This document shows, piece by piece, positions 29,486 through 37,889 of a DNA stretch of 64,000 nt. The first letter of the stretch is position 1. Each line of letters starts with the position of its first letter. Below the pieces are notes generated by a model. That model was not told the DNA's origin. It worked only from the letters and a program-made list of their open reading frames with translations, and searched no databases. Both the position numbers and the translations under genes were made by a program. The stretch is from Candidatus Omnitrophota bacterium (lineage in GTDB: Bacteria; Omnitrophota; Gorgyraeia; Gygaellales; JBFMHM01): NCBI GenBank assembly GCA_040753015.1, contig JBFMHM010000001.1:82731-146730 (forward strand), written 5' to 3'.

Positions 29486-30354
29486 GGAAAAACATTTGGA
29501 TATCTTTTATATTACTATTATTGGCAATTAATTGTTTTGCACAAACGGAAGAGCCAACATTATACCGTCAAAGAGAAATGATGCTAGGAACTTTTGTTGA
29601 GATAGTTTCACCAGATAAAAATGCAATAAAAACTGCATTTAGTGAAATAAAACGTTTAGAAGATATTACAACTAAGTTTAAAGAGGGAGCTGATATCTAC
29701 GAGCTAAATAAAAAGCGCTCTTTAAAAGTGCAACCAGAAACAATCGAGATAATTGAAAAAGCAAAATATTTTTATGATCTAACTAATGGCGCATTTGATA
29801 TCACGGCGGAGCTTGGCAAGAAGTCAAGAGGGCTTAGCGCAATTATAATTGATAAACAAAATCAAACTGTTACCCTAAAAGATCCTAACATAAATATTGA
29901 CTTAGGTGGAATTGGTGATGGCTATATTTTGGATAAAGTTGTTGCACTAGTGAAGAAACAAGGCGTAAGTTCAATGCTTATAAATGCTGGAGGAGATATT
30001 TACTGTTTAGGAAAAAAGTCAAAAGATAAACCTTGGGAAATTGGTATACAAAATCCTTATATAGAAAAAGATGTCTTGAAAATTATATCTTTGGAAAATA
30101 AAGCAATAACTACTTCCGGAACTTATCAACAACCAAAGCACATAATTAATCCAAAAACGGGTAAACCAGCCCAATCAAATATCGTGTCAGTAAGCATTAT
30201 TACGAATGATTGCATAACCGCAGACGCCTTAGCAACAGCGGCTTTTGTTTTAGGAAAAGATAAAGCTCTAAAAATGATATCTGCTATAGGCGGTAAAAAA
30301 ATAGACGCATATATTTATACAAAAAAAGATATAATAAAAATAATGAATGGATAG
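29482..30354 (+). CDS. apbE: FAD:protein FMN transferase
   Basis: GAFDIT, DLGGIGDGY, NAGGDI, TSGTY, HIINP, ADALATA. Confidence 0.9.
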   Translation: MRKNIWISFILLLLAINCFAQTEEPTLYRQREMMLGTFVEIVSPDKNAIKTAFSEIKRLEDITTKFKEGADIYELNKKRSLKVQPETIEIIEKAKYFYDLTNGAFDITAELGKKSRGLSAIIIDKQNQTVTLKDPNINIDLGGIGDGYILDKVVALVKKQGVSSMLINAGGDIYCLGKKSKDKPWEIGIQNPYIEKDVLKIISLENKAITTSGTYQQPKHIINPKTGKPAQSNIVSVSIITNDCITADALATAAFVLGKDKALKMISAIGGKKIDAYIYTKKDIIKIMNG

Positions 30355-31183
30355 AAAATTAACTATTGAAGATATCCTGTCGTTAAAAGGCAAGCGAAAA
30401 ATTACCATGCTCACCGCCTATGATTACCCGTTTGCATCAATAATTGATGAAGCGGGAGTTGATATAATTTTAGTAGGGGACTCTTTAGCAAATGTTGTAC
30501 TTGGACTTAACAGCACTACCGAAATCGGAATGAGCGAAATGTTGGTTGCTGCAAAAGCAGTTACACGCGCTGTAAAAAAATCTCTCGTCGTTGGTGATAT
30601 GCCTTATGAGGCATATCAATTAGGTAAGGGCACATCGCGATATGCCCCTACGGTTAACGCAAGACGCTTTATCGATGAAGCAAAATGTGATGCGATAAAA
30701 CTAGAATGGTTTGATAATTGTATCGAAGTAACTCGTGAAATTATAAAAGAAAATATTCCTGTTATGGGGCACATCGGGATTACTCCGCAAACCGCTGATA
30801 AATTAGGCGGGTTTAAAGTGCAAGGCAAAGATATCGAAAGTGCAAAAACATTAATTGATGAAGCGAAAAAATTAGAAGACGCTGGCTGTTTTTCAATTGT
30901 CTTAGAATGCATTCCAGATACTGTTTCAAAAATAATTACATCTAAGCTATCAATACCAACGATTGGAATTGGTGCAGGTTTAAATTGTGATGGACAAGCG
31001 CTAGTTACCTATGATATACTTGGTTTGTTTAAACGCTTTCAACCAAAATTTGTTAAACAATACGTAGATTTATCGAAAGAAATTGAAAAAGCAGTAAATG
31101 ATTTTAAGCTTGAAGTGGAATCACAAAAATTTCCCGATAAAGCTCACAGTTTTAATTCAAACATAAAAGAAAAAGACTTATAA
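30347..31183 (+). CDS. panB: 3-methyl-2-oxobutanoate hydroxymethyltransferase
   Basis: LTAYD, LVGDS, GDMP, KLE, MGHIG.TPQ, TIGIGAG. Confidence 0.96.
   Translation: MDRKLTIEDILSLKGKRKITMLTAYDYPFASIIDEAGVDIILVGDSLANVVLGLNSTTEIGMSEMLVAAKAVTRAVKKSLVVGDMPYEAYQLGKGTSRYAPTVNARRFIDEAKCDAIKLEWFDNCIEVTREIIKENIPVMGHIGITPQTADKLGGFKVQGKDIESAKTLIDEAKKLEDAGCFSIVLECIPDTVSKIITSKLSIPTIGIGAGLNCDGQALVTYDILGLFKRFQPKFVKQYVDLSKEIEKAVNDFKLEVESQKFPDKAHSFNSNIKEKDL
30624..30651. repeat. GTAG-type REP-like palindrome inside panB
   Basis: GTAAGGGCACATCGCGATATGCCCCTAC, read in frame as GKGTSRYAPT. Confidence 0.7.
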
Positions 31184-31192
31184 ATTTTTACA

Positions 31193-32491
31193 ATGGAAAA
31201 AATAATTTCATTATGTAAACGCCGGGGTTTTATTTTTCAAGGGTCAGAAATTTATGGCGGCCTTGCAAATACTTGGGATTATGGCCCACTAGGCGTAGAA
31301 TTAAAAAATAATGTAAAACGCGCTTGGTGGAAGGCAAGCATTTATGACCGCTTTGATATGTATGGGCTAGATAGCGCAATTTTAATGCATCCAAAAACTT
31401 GGGAAGCATCAGGCCACACAAAAAACTTTTCAGATATTTTAGTAGATTGCAAGACGTGTAAAAAACGCTTACGGGCCGATAAGATTAAAGGAATCTGTCC
31501 GGAATGTGGCGGCAAAGAATTTACAGAAGGCCGGCCGTTTAATTTAATGTTTAAAACCGAGATTGGCGTAGTTAGCGACGCAACATCAATTGCTTATCTT
31601 CGCCCAGAAACTGCCCAAGGAATATTTGTAAACTTTCTAAATATACTTGATTCAATGCATCCAAAACTTCCTTTTGGAATTGCCCAAATTGGAAAATCTT
31701 TCCGCAATGAAATTACTCCGGGAAATTATACCTTTCGCACGCGCGAATTCGAACAAATGGAAATTGAATATTTCGTTAAGCCAGAGGCTGCGGAAAAATA
31801 TTATAATGAGTGGATAGAATCAAGATTCAATTGGTATACCAGTTTAGGTATAAAAAAAGAAAACTTAAGGATTAGGCCGCACGAAAAAAATGAACTTGCA
31901 CACTATGCTCTTGCCTGCTCTGATATTGAATATAAATTCCCCTTTGAAGGCGGAGATTGGCAAGAGCTTGAAGGAATTGCCAACCGTACAGATTTTGATT
32001 TAAAACAACATTCTGAATTCAGCGGAAAGAAATTAGAATATTTCGATGAGGCAACGAAAGAAAGATTCTTACCTTATATTATAGAACCTTCTGGAGGAGT
32101 TGACCGGGCAACGCTTGCATTCTTAGTTGATGCGTATTGCGAAGAGGAAGTAAAAGAGGCAACGCGAGTAGTCCTAAAATTGCACCATAAACTATCCCCA
32201 TATAAAATTGCTGTTTTTCCACTTTTGAAAAATAGGCCGCAAGTAGTTGAGCTTGCAAAAAAAATCGCACTTGATTTGAAAAAATATTTTATTACAATTT
32301 ATGATGATACTGGAGCAATTGGAAAACTTTACCGCAGGCAAGATGAAATAGGAACGCCTTTTTGCGTAACAGTAGATGTGCAATCAACGGAAGATCAAAA
32401 AGTTACAATTAGAAATCGCGACACAATGTTACAAGACAGAATAGATATTAATAACTTAAAAAAATATTTTGAAGAAAAAATAATTATATAA
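31193..32491 (+). CDS. glyQS: Glycine--tRNA ligase (alpha2 type)
   Basis: LRPETAQG, FRNEITP, FRTREFEQME, IEPSGG, YRRQDEIGTP. Confidence 0.96.
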   Translation: MEKIISLCKRRGFIFQGSEIYGGLANTWDYGPLGVELKNNVKRAWWKASIYDRFDMYGLDSAILMHPKTWEASGHTKNFSDILVDCKTCKKRLRADKIKGICPECGGKEFTEGRPFNLMFKTEIGVVSDATSIAYLRPETAQGIFVNFLNILDSMHPKLPFGIAQIGKSFRNEITPGNYTFRTREFEQMEIEYFVKPEAAEKYYNEWIESRFNWYTSLGIKKENLRIRPHEKNELAHYALACSDIEYKFPFEGGDWQELEGIANRTDFDLKQHSEFSGKKLEYFDEATKERFLPYIIEPSGGVDRATLAFLVDAYCEEEVKEATRVVLKLHHKLSPYKIAVFPLLKNRPQVVELAKKIALDLKKYFITIYDDTGAIGKLYRRQDEIGTPFCVTVDVQSTEDQKVTIRNRDTMLQDRIDINNLKKYFEEKIII

Positions 32492-32493
32492 AT

Positions 32494-32523
32494 GTAGGAA
32501 ACGGTTTACAAACCGCTCCCTAC
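32494..32523. repeat. GTAG-type REP-like palindrome (intergenic)
   Basis: GTAGGAAACGGTTTACAAACCGCTCCCTAC. Confidence 0.7.
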
Positions 32524-32546
32524 GCAAATTGAAAGGGGCAGAAAAA

Positions 32547-35276
32547 ATGGCAACAAAAAAATATGTTTACTTCTTTGGTGGTGGAAAAGCAGATGGTAAC
32601 GCAAGTATGAAAAATTTACTCGGAGGAAAAGGGGCAAATCTAGCTGAAATGGCAGGACATAAAGATTTAAGGCTTCCTGTTCCGCCCGGTTTTACAATTA
32701 CAACTGAAGTTTGCACATATTACTATAAAAATGGAAAAAAATACCCAAAAGAATTAAAAGCCCAAGTGCAAAAATCTCTGGCTAAAGTCGAAACTTTAAT
32801 GGGTAAAAAATTTGGCTCAACCGAAGACCCACTTTTAGTTTCAGTGCGTTCTGGCGCAAGAAAATCAATGCCGGGTATGATGGAAACAGTTTTAAATGTC
32901 GGCCTTACAGAAAAAACAATACCCGGATTAATTAAAAAAACTGGCAATGAAAGATTTGCCTATGATGCCTACAGAAGGCTTCTTACAATGTACTCTGATG
33001 TTGTTATGGAAAAAGCAGCAGGCATTGAACCAAAAAGCGATCATTTAGGTATTCGTAAACAACTTGAAAAAATAATGGATACGGTTAAAGAAGAAAAAGG
33101 TTGTACACAAGATACTGACTTAACTGTTGAAGATTTAAAAAAAATTTGTTCTGCCTACAAATCAAAGATTAAAGAAGTTCTAGGTAAAGAATTTCCTGAT
33201 GACCCCTATTTGCAACTTTGGGGTGGCATTGGCGCAGTGTTTGCATCATGGAATGGCAAAAGAGCAATTTCCTATCGCAAAATCGAAGGCATACCAGAAG
33301 AATGGGGCACAGCAGTAAACGTGCAATCTATGGTGTTTGGAAACATGGGCAATGCATCCGCTACTGGTGTTGCATTCAGCAGAAATCCAGCAAATGGTGA
33401 GAATAAATTTTACGGAGAATATCTAATTAATGCTCAGGGTGAAGACGTTGTTGCTGGCATTAGAACTCCCGCGCCAGTAAACGAAGATTCAAAAAATGAA
33501 CAAAACAAAGCATTGACTAGCCTAGAAAAAGCAATGCCTAAGCTCTATAAAGAATTGTTCGAAATTAAAAAACGCCTCGAGAATCATTATCGCGATATGC
33601 AAGACATTGAGTTTACAATTGAAAATGGCGTACTTTATATGCTGCAATGCCGCGTTGGAAAACGCAACGGGCCTGCTGCTGTTAAAATGGCAGTAGATAT
33701 GCATAAAGAAAAATTCATTTCAAAAGAAGAAGCTGTATCTAGAGTAACACCGTCACAGCTTGATGAATTGCTCCATCCAATGATCGACCCAAAAGAAGAA
33801 TTGAAAGTTAAACCGCTTGCAAAAGGGCTTCCTGCAGGCCCAGGTGGTGCTGTTGGCATGGCTGTGTTTAATGCAAAAGATGCTGTTGAATGGGCAAAAC
33901 AAGGTAAAAAAGTAATTTTAGTGCGTGAAGAAACAAACCCTGAAGACGTCGAAGGCATGCGTGCAGCACAAGCAATTCTTACATCGCGCGGCGGCATGAC
34001 ATCGCACGCAGCGCTTGTTGCCCGTGGTTGGGGAAAATGCTGCATTGTAGGTTGTGGCGCATTAGAGGTAGACGCACATAAAAAAGAATTACACGTAGAT
34101 GGAAAAATTATCAAAGAAGGAGGCTGGCTCACATTAAACGGCACAAAAGGCGCTGTTTATGAAGGCAAGCTTGCAATGATAGATGCAACCGAAGAAAATA
34201 AACTGCTTAATGATTTTTTAAAACTTGCTGATGGTATTCGTAAACTTAAAGTCCGGACAAATGCTGATACTCCAGAAGATGCAAAAAAAGCCCGCGCCTT
34301 TGGAGCAGAAGGCATTGGCTTATTTAGAACCGAACATATGTTTTACGGTGCTGGTTCTGATGAACCGCTTTTTAAACTTCGTAAAATGATTGTTTCATCA
34401 ACACAAGAAGAGCGCCAAAAAGCAGTTGATGAATTATTTCCTCACGTAAAACATGATATAAAACAAACGCTTGAAGCAATGGCAGGTTATCCTGTAACTA
34501 TTCGACTACTTGATCCGCCGCTTCATGAGTTTATTCCAAAAGAAAAAGATAAACTAGAAGAGCTCGCAAAAAGCTTAAATATTACAATGGAACAGCTTGA
34601 AAAACGCGCAGAAGCATTACACGAATCAAACCCAATGATGGGCCACCGCGGGGTAAGGCTTGGCGTAACCTATCCAGAAGTAACTAAAATGCAAGTACGC
34701 GCAATTCTAGAGTCTGCAGCAGAGTTAGTAAAAGCGGGATTAAAAGTTGAGCCAGAAATAATGATTCCTGTTGTCTGCGATAAAAAAGAGCTTGATAATC
34801 AATATACACTGATTACTTCCATATATAAAGAAGTTCTTGCAAAATACGGAATGAAGAAACTTAATTATATGGTCGGCACAATGATTGAAATTCCGCGCGC
34901 AGCCTTAATGGCAAGCGAAATCGCTCAAAGCGCTGAATTTTTCTCATTTGGCACAAATGACTTAACACAAATGACTTTTGGTTTTTCAAGAGATGATATT
35001 GGCGGGTTTTTGCCAGATTATCTGAATAAAGGAATCTTGCCGGGTGATCCATTCCAAAGTATTGATAAGAATGGCGTAGGTGAATTAATTGATATCGGCA
35101 TTAAACGCGGAAGAAAAACAAAACCAAACTTAAAAATAGGCATCTGCGGTGAACATGGCGGCGAACCACAATCGGTTGAATTCTGCCACAAGGTTGGAAT
35201 GAATTATGTCAGCTGTTCGCCGTTTAGAGTGCCAATTGCGCGCCTAGCAGCTGCACAAGCAGTATTGAAGAGGTAA
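32547..35276 (+). CDS. ppdK: Pyruvate, phosphate dikinase
   Basis: [45 protein letters not shown]. Confidence 0.97.
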   Translation: MATKKYVYFFGGGKADGNASMKNLLGGKGANLAEMAGHKDLRLPVPPGFTITTEVCTYYYKNGKKYPKELKAQVQKSLAKVETLMGKKFGSTEDPLLVSVRSGARKSMPGMMETVLNVGLTEKTIPGLIKKTGNERFAYDAYRRLLTMYSDVVMEKAAGIEPKSDHLGIRKQLEKIMDTVKEEKGCTQDTDLTVEDLKKICSAYKSKIKEVLGKEFPDDPYLQLWGGIGAVFASWNGKRAISYRKIEGIPEEWGTAVNVQSMVFGNMGNASATGVAFSRNPANGENKFYGEYLINAQGEDVVAGIRTPAPVNEDSKNEQNKALTSLEKAMPKLYKELFEIKKRLENHYRDMQDIEFTIENGVLYMLQCRVGKRNGPAAVKMAVDMHKEKFISKEEAVSRVTPSQLDELLHPMIDPKEELKVKPLAKGLPAGPGGAVGMAVFNAKDAVEWAKQGKKVILVREETNPEDVEGMRAAQAILTSRGGMTSHAALVARGWGKCCIVGCGALEVDAHKKELHVDGKIIKEGGWLTLNGTKGAVYEGKLAMIDATEENKLLNDFLKLADGIRKLKVRTNADTPEDAKKARAFGAEGIGLFRTEHMFYGAGSDEPLFKLRKMIVSSTQEERQKAVDELFPHVKHDIKQTLEAMAGYPVTIRLLDPPLHEFIPKEKDKLEELAKSLNITMEQLEKRAEALHESNPMMGHRGVRLGVTYPEVTKMQVRAILESAAELVKAGLKVEPEIMIPVVCDKKELDNQYTLITSIYKEVLAKYGMKKLNYMVGTMIEIPRAALMASEIAQSAEFFSFGTNDLTQMTFGFSRDDIGGFLPDYLNKGILPGDPFQSIDKNGVGELIDIGIKRGRKTKPNLKIGICGEHGGEPQSVEFCHKVGMNYVSCSPFRVPIARLAAAQAVLKR

Positions 35277-35277
35277 C

Positions 35278-36099
35278 ATGGAAGCGATACGCGCTTACCT
35301 TAAAGAAATAAAGAATATCCCTCTTCTTAAACCTGAGGAAGAAATTGAACTTGCAATAAAAATTAAAAAAGGCAATAAAGCCGCGCGTAAAAAGATGATA
35401 CAGTCAAACCTACGGCTTGTTATTAATGTTGCAAAGCGCTATATTCATTTTGGCGTTCCTTTAATGGATTTGATAGAAGAAGGGAATATAGGGCTAATGA
35501 GAGCAGTAGACAAATTTAATCATAAAAAAGGATTTCGCTTCTCTACTTATGCAACATGGTGGATAAGACAAGCAATAACACGTTTTATTGCCGATCATGG
35601 TAAATTAATCCGTGTTCCTGTTTATATGAACGATCAGCTCGTGCAATGGAAAAAGACAATTAATGATTTAAAACAAAAGTTAGGCCGTGAACCATTACAA
35701 GAAGAAATAGCAAAAAAAATGCAAGTACCAATATCAAAAGTAGAAGAAATTAGCAAATGGGTCATTAAAACAGGTTCCCTAGAAGCCCCTATTGGCGACA
35801 ACGAAGAAGGCCAAATTATAGACCTCGTTGAAAATACCCAGGTAGCCAGCCCAGACGAAGAAGTAACCAAGCTTTTAAAACATGAACGTATAGGTAATTT
35901 ATTAGCAAAGGTAACTGATAAAGAAAAAAAGGTTCTAAATCTACGATTTGGCCTAATCGATCAAAAACCAATGACGCTTGCACAAGTAGCTAATAAACTT
36001 AAAGTTTCTCGTGAACGAATAAGGCAAATCGAAGAAAATGCACTTTCAAAATTAAAAAACATGATAAATCAAGAAAATAGAGAACAAAAGGTATATTAA
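35278..36099 (+). CDS. Sigma-70 family factor (RpoD/RpoS-like, lacking region 1.1)
   Basis: [35 protein letters not shown]. Confidence 0.93.
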   Translation: MEAIRAYLKEIKNIPLLKPEEEIELAIKIKKGNKAARKKMIQSNLRLVINVAKRYIHFGVPLMDLIEEGNIGLMRAVDKFNHKKGFRFSTYATWWIRQAITRFIADHGKLIRVPVYMNDQLVQWKKTINDLKQKLGREPLQEEIAKKMQVPISKVEEISKWVIKTGSLEAPIGDNEEGQIIDLVENTQVASPDEEVTKLLKHERIGNLLAKVTDKEKKVLNLRFGLIDQKPMTLAQVANKLKVSRERIRQIEENALSKLKNMINQENREQKVY

Positions 36100-36100
36100 A

Positions 36101-36634
36101 ATGAGCAAGCAATCTGATTTTAAAAAATATATTCGTAATATACCCGACTTCCCGAAAAAAGGAATAATTTTTCGCGATATTACTACGTTAATTGAAAATA
36201 AAATTGCTTTTAAAAAAGCAATTGACTTAATGGCGAAACAATTTAAAAATGTAAAAATTGATAAAGTTGCTGGCGTTGAAGCGCGAGGGTTTATTTTTGG
36301 CGGGGCAATTGCCTATAAGCTAGGTGTTGGTTTTGTACCAATCAGAAAAAAAGGGAAACTTCCATATAAAACTAAAAGCATTAGCTATTCGCTAGAGTAC
36401 GGCGTAGATACTTTAGAAATACATGAAGATGCAATTAAAAAAGGCGAACGAGTTTTAATTATCGATGACCTTTTAGCAACCGGGGGTACAGTAAAAGCAG
36501 TTTGCGATTTAATTGATAGTGTCGGCGGAAAGATCATTGGTATAGAGTTTTTAATTGAGCTTGTTGATTTAAAAGGCCGCCAGAAATTAAGCAAATATCC
36601 GATTGTTTCATTTGTTGAGTTTGAAGGCGAATAG
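36101..36634 (+). CDS. apt: Adenine phosphoribosyltransferase
   Basis: DFPKKGIIFRD, EARGF, LEYG, IIDDLLATGGT. Confidence 0.96.
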   Translation: MSKQSDFKKYIRNIPDFPKKGIIFRDITTLIENKIAFKKAIDLMAKQFKNVKIDKVAGVEARGFIFGGAIAYKLGVGFVPIRKKGKLPYKTKSISYSLEYGVDTLEIHEDAIKKGERVLIIDDLLATGGTVKAVCDLIDSVGGKIIGIEFLIELVDLKGRQKLSKYPIVSFVEFEGE

Positions 36635-36635
36635 C

Positions 36636-36743
36636 GCCCCCGTAGCTTCAGCCAAAGGCTGATAGGATAGACTAAGTTATGCCCCCGTAGCTTCAGCCAA
36701 AGGCTGATCCGCCTCTGGCGGACAATAGGATAGACTAAGTTAT
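36636..36743 (+). repeat. Two tandem copies of the tRNA-Arg 5' end interrupted by 15-bp palindromes
   Basis: GCCCCCGTAGCT at 36636, 36681 and 36744; TAGGATAGACTAAGTTAT repeated. Confidence 0.9.
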
Positions 36744-36816
36744 GCCCCCGTAGCTCAATAGGATAGAGCAGCGGTTTCCTAAACCGCGCGCGGGCGTTCG
36801 AATCGTCCCGGGGGCA
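36744..36816 (+). tRNA. tRNA-Arg (anticodon CCT), CCA not encoded
   Basis: Acceptor GCCCCCG/CGGGGGC, D arm GCTC..GAGC, anticodon arm GCGGT-TTCCTAA-ACCGC, T loop GTTCGAATC. Confidence 0.95.
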
Positions 36817-36825
36817 CATAAATAC

Positions 36826-36856
36826 AGAATTAAGAGTTAAGAAATAAGAATTAAGA
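36826..36856. repeat. Heptamer tandem repeat
   Basis: AGAATTA AGAGTTA AGAAATA AGAATTA AGA. Confidence 0.7.
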
Positions 36857-36878
36857 TAAAATCAAATACAAATAATTT

Positions 36879-37520
36879 ATGTTTGATTTACACACGCATT
36901 CAATATTAAGTGATGGGCATTTACTTCCAAGCGAAGTTGCCCGTCGATATGAAGAAAAAGGTTACAAAATAATTGCCATAACCGACCATGTTGACCGTTC
37001 AAACATAGAATTTGTCTGCAGTTCAATTCTAGAGTTCACAAATTCATTTAGGAACAATAAAATTAAAGTTTTACCAGGAGTAGAACTCAGTCACATTCCA
37101 CCTGACCAGTTCCTGCCGCTTGCAGAATATGCTCGTTCCCGTGGAATAAAAATTATTATTGGCCACGGAGAAACTATAGTTGAGCCGGTAATCCCCGGCA
37201 CAAATCGCGCAGCAATTCAAGCTGATGTAGATATTTTAGCCCACCCCGGATTAATTAGTAAAGAAGATGTAAAACTTGCTGTAAAAAAAGGCACATTTTT
37301 AGAAATTACTTCCCGCCGCGGCCACTCATTAACTAACGGACACATTGCAAAACTTGCTTTAAAATATAAAGCAAAAATTTCTATTGACTCCGATTCCCAC
37401 GGCCCAGAAGATATCTTAAATCCCGAAGACAAATTAAAAATCGCTCAAGGCAGCGGCCTATCCTTAGAACAAATAGCCCTCGCTTATAAAAATTTAGAAA
37501 ATTTTCTAAAAAATAAATAA
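36879..37520 (+). CDS. PHP-domain phosphoesterase (histidinol-phosphatase-like)
   Basis: DLHTHS.LSDG, ITDH, HGET, LAHPG, DSDSH. Confidence 0.88.
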   Translation: MFDLHTHSILSDGHLLPSEVARRYEEKGYKIIAITDHVDRSNIEFVCSSILEFTNSFRNNKIKVLPGVELSHIPPDQFLPLAEYARSRGIKIIIGHGETIVEPVIPGTNRAAIQADVDILAHPGLISKEDVKLAVKKGTFLEITSRRGHSLTNGHIAKLALKYKAKISIDSDSHGPEDILNPEDKLKIAQGSGLSLEQIALAYKNLENFLKNK

Positions 37521-37560
37521 TCTGTGGTATAATATATTGCAAAAATAAGAGGATATTAGA

Positions 37561-37600
37561 ATGCCTGAGATATCAAGATTTTATTGAGCCATTAAATTAG
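37561..37600 (+). pseudogene. DUF4160 gene reduced to its two termini
   Basis: GAGG RBS, MPEISRFY*, then IEPLN* in another frame; both match typical DUF4160 ends; directly upstream of DUF2442. Confidence 0.7.
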
Positions 37601-37609
37601 GAGAAGGCA

Positions 37610-37876
37610 ATGATAGATTTAAAAAAAGCAGAATATTTAGGTGATTACAAAATAAGACTTACTTTTGAAGACGGTAAAAGTGGCGTAGTTGACTTTGCGT
37701 CTTATATTGATAAAAAAGGAGTCTTTAAAAAATTCGAGGATTTATCTTTTTTTAAAAATTTTGTTATTGATCCTGAAGTTAAAACACTTATGTGGGGGAA
37801 TGAAATTGATATAGCACCTGAAATACTTTATTCTCAAGCAACCCACTCTTGTCTTCCAAAATGGATGCAGAGTTAA
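37610..37876 (+). CDS. DUF2442 protein (putative antitoxin)
   Basis: YKIRLTFEDG..G.VDF..W.N.IDIAPE.LY. Confidence 0.85.
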   Translation: MIDLKKAEYLGDYKIRLTFEDGKSGVVDFASYIDKKGVFKKFEDLSFFKNFVIDPEVKTLMWGNEIDIAPEILYSQATHSCLPKWMQS

Positions 37877-37889
37877 CCCGGAGGAGAAA

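Noticed and set aside
36636-36760. CRISPR array
   Set aside because: The repeats are tRNA 5' fragments, the intervening sequences are shared palindromes rather than unique spacers, and no cas genes are present
36385-36819. 144-aa minus-strand ORF
   Set aside because: Antisense to apt and the tRNA; its internal repeat just mirrors the tRNA fragment duplication
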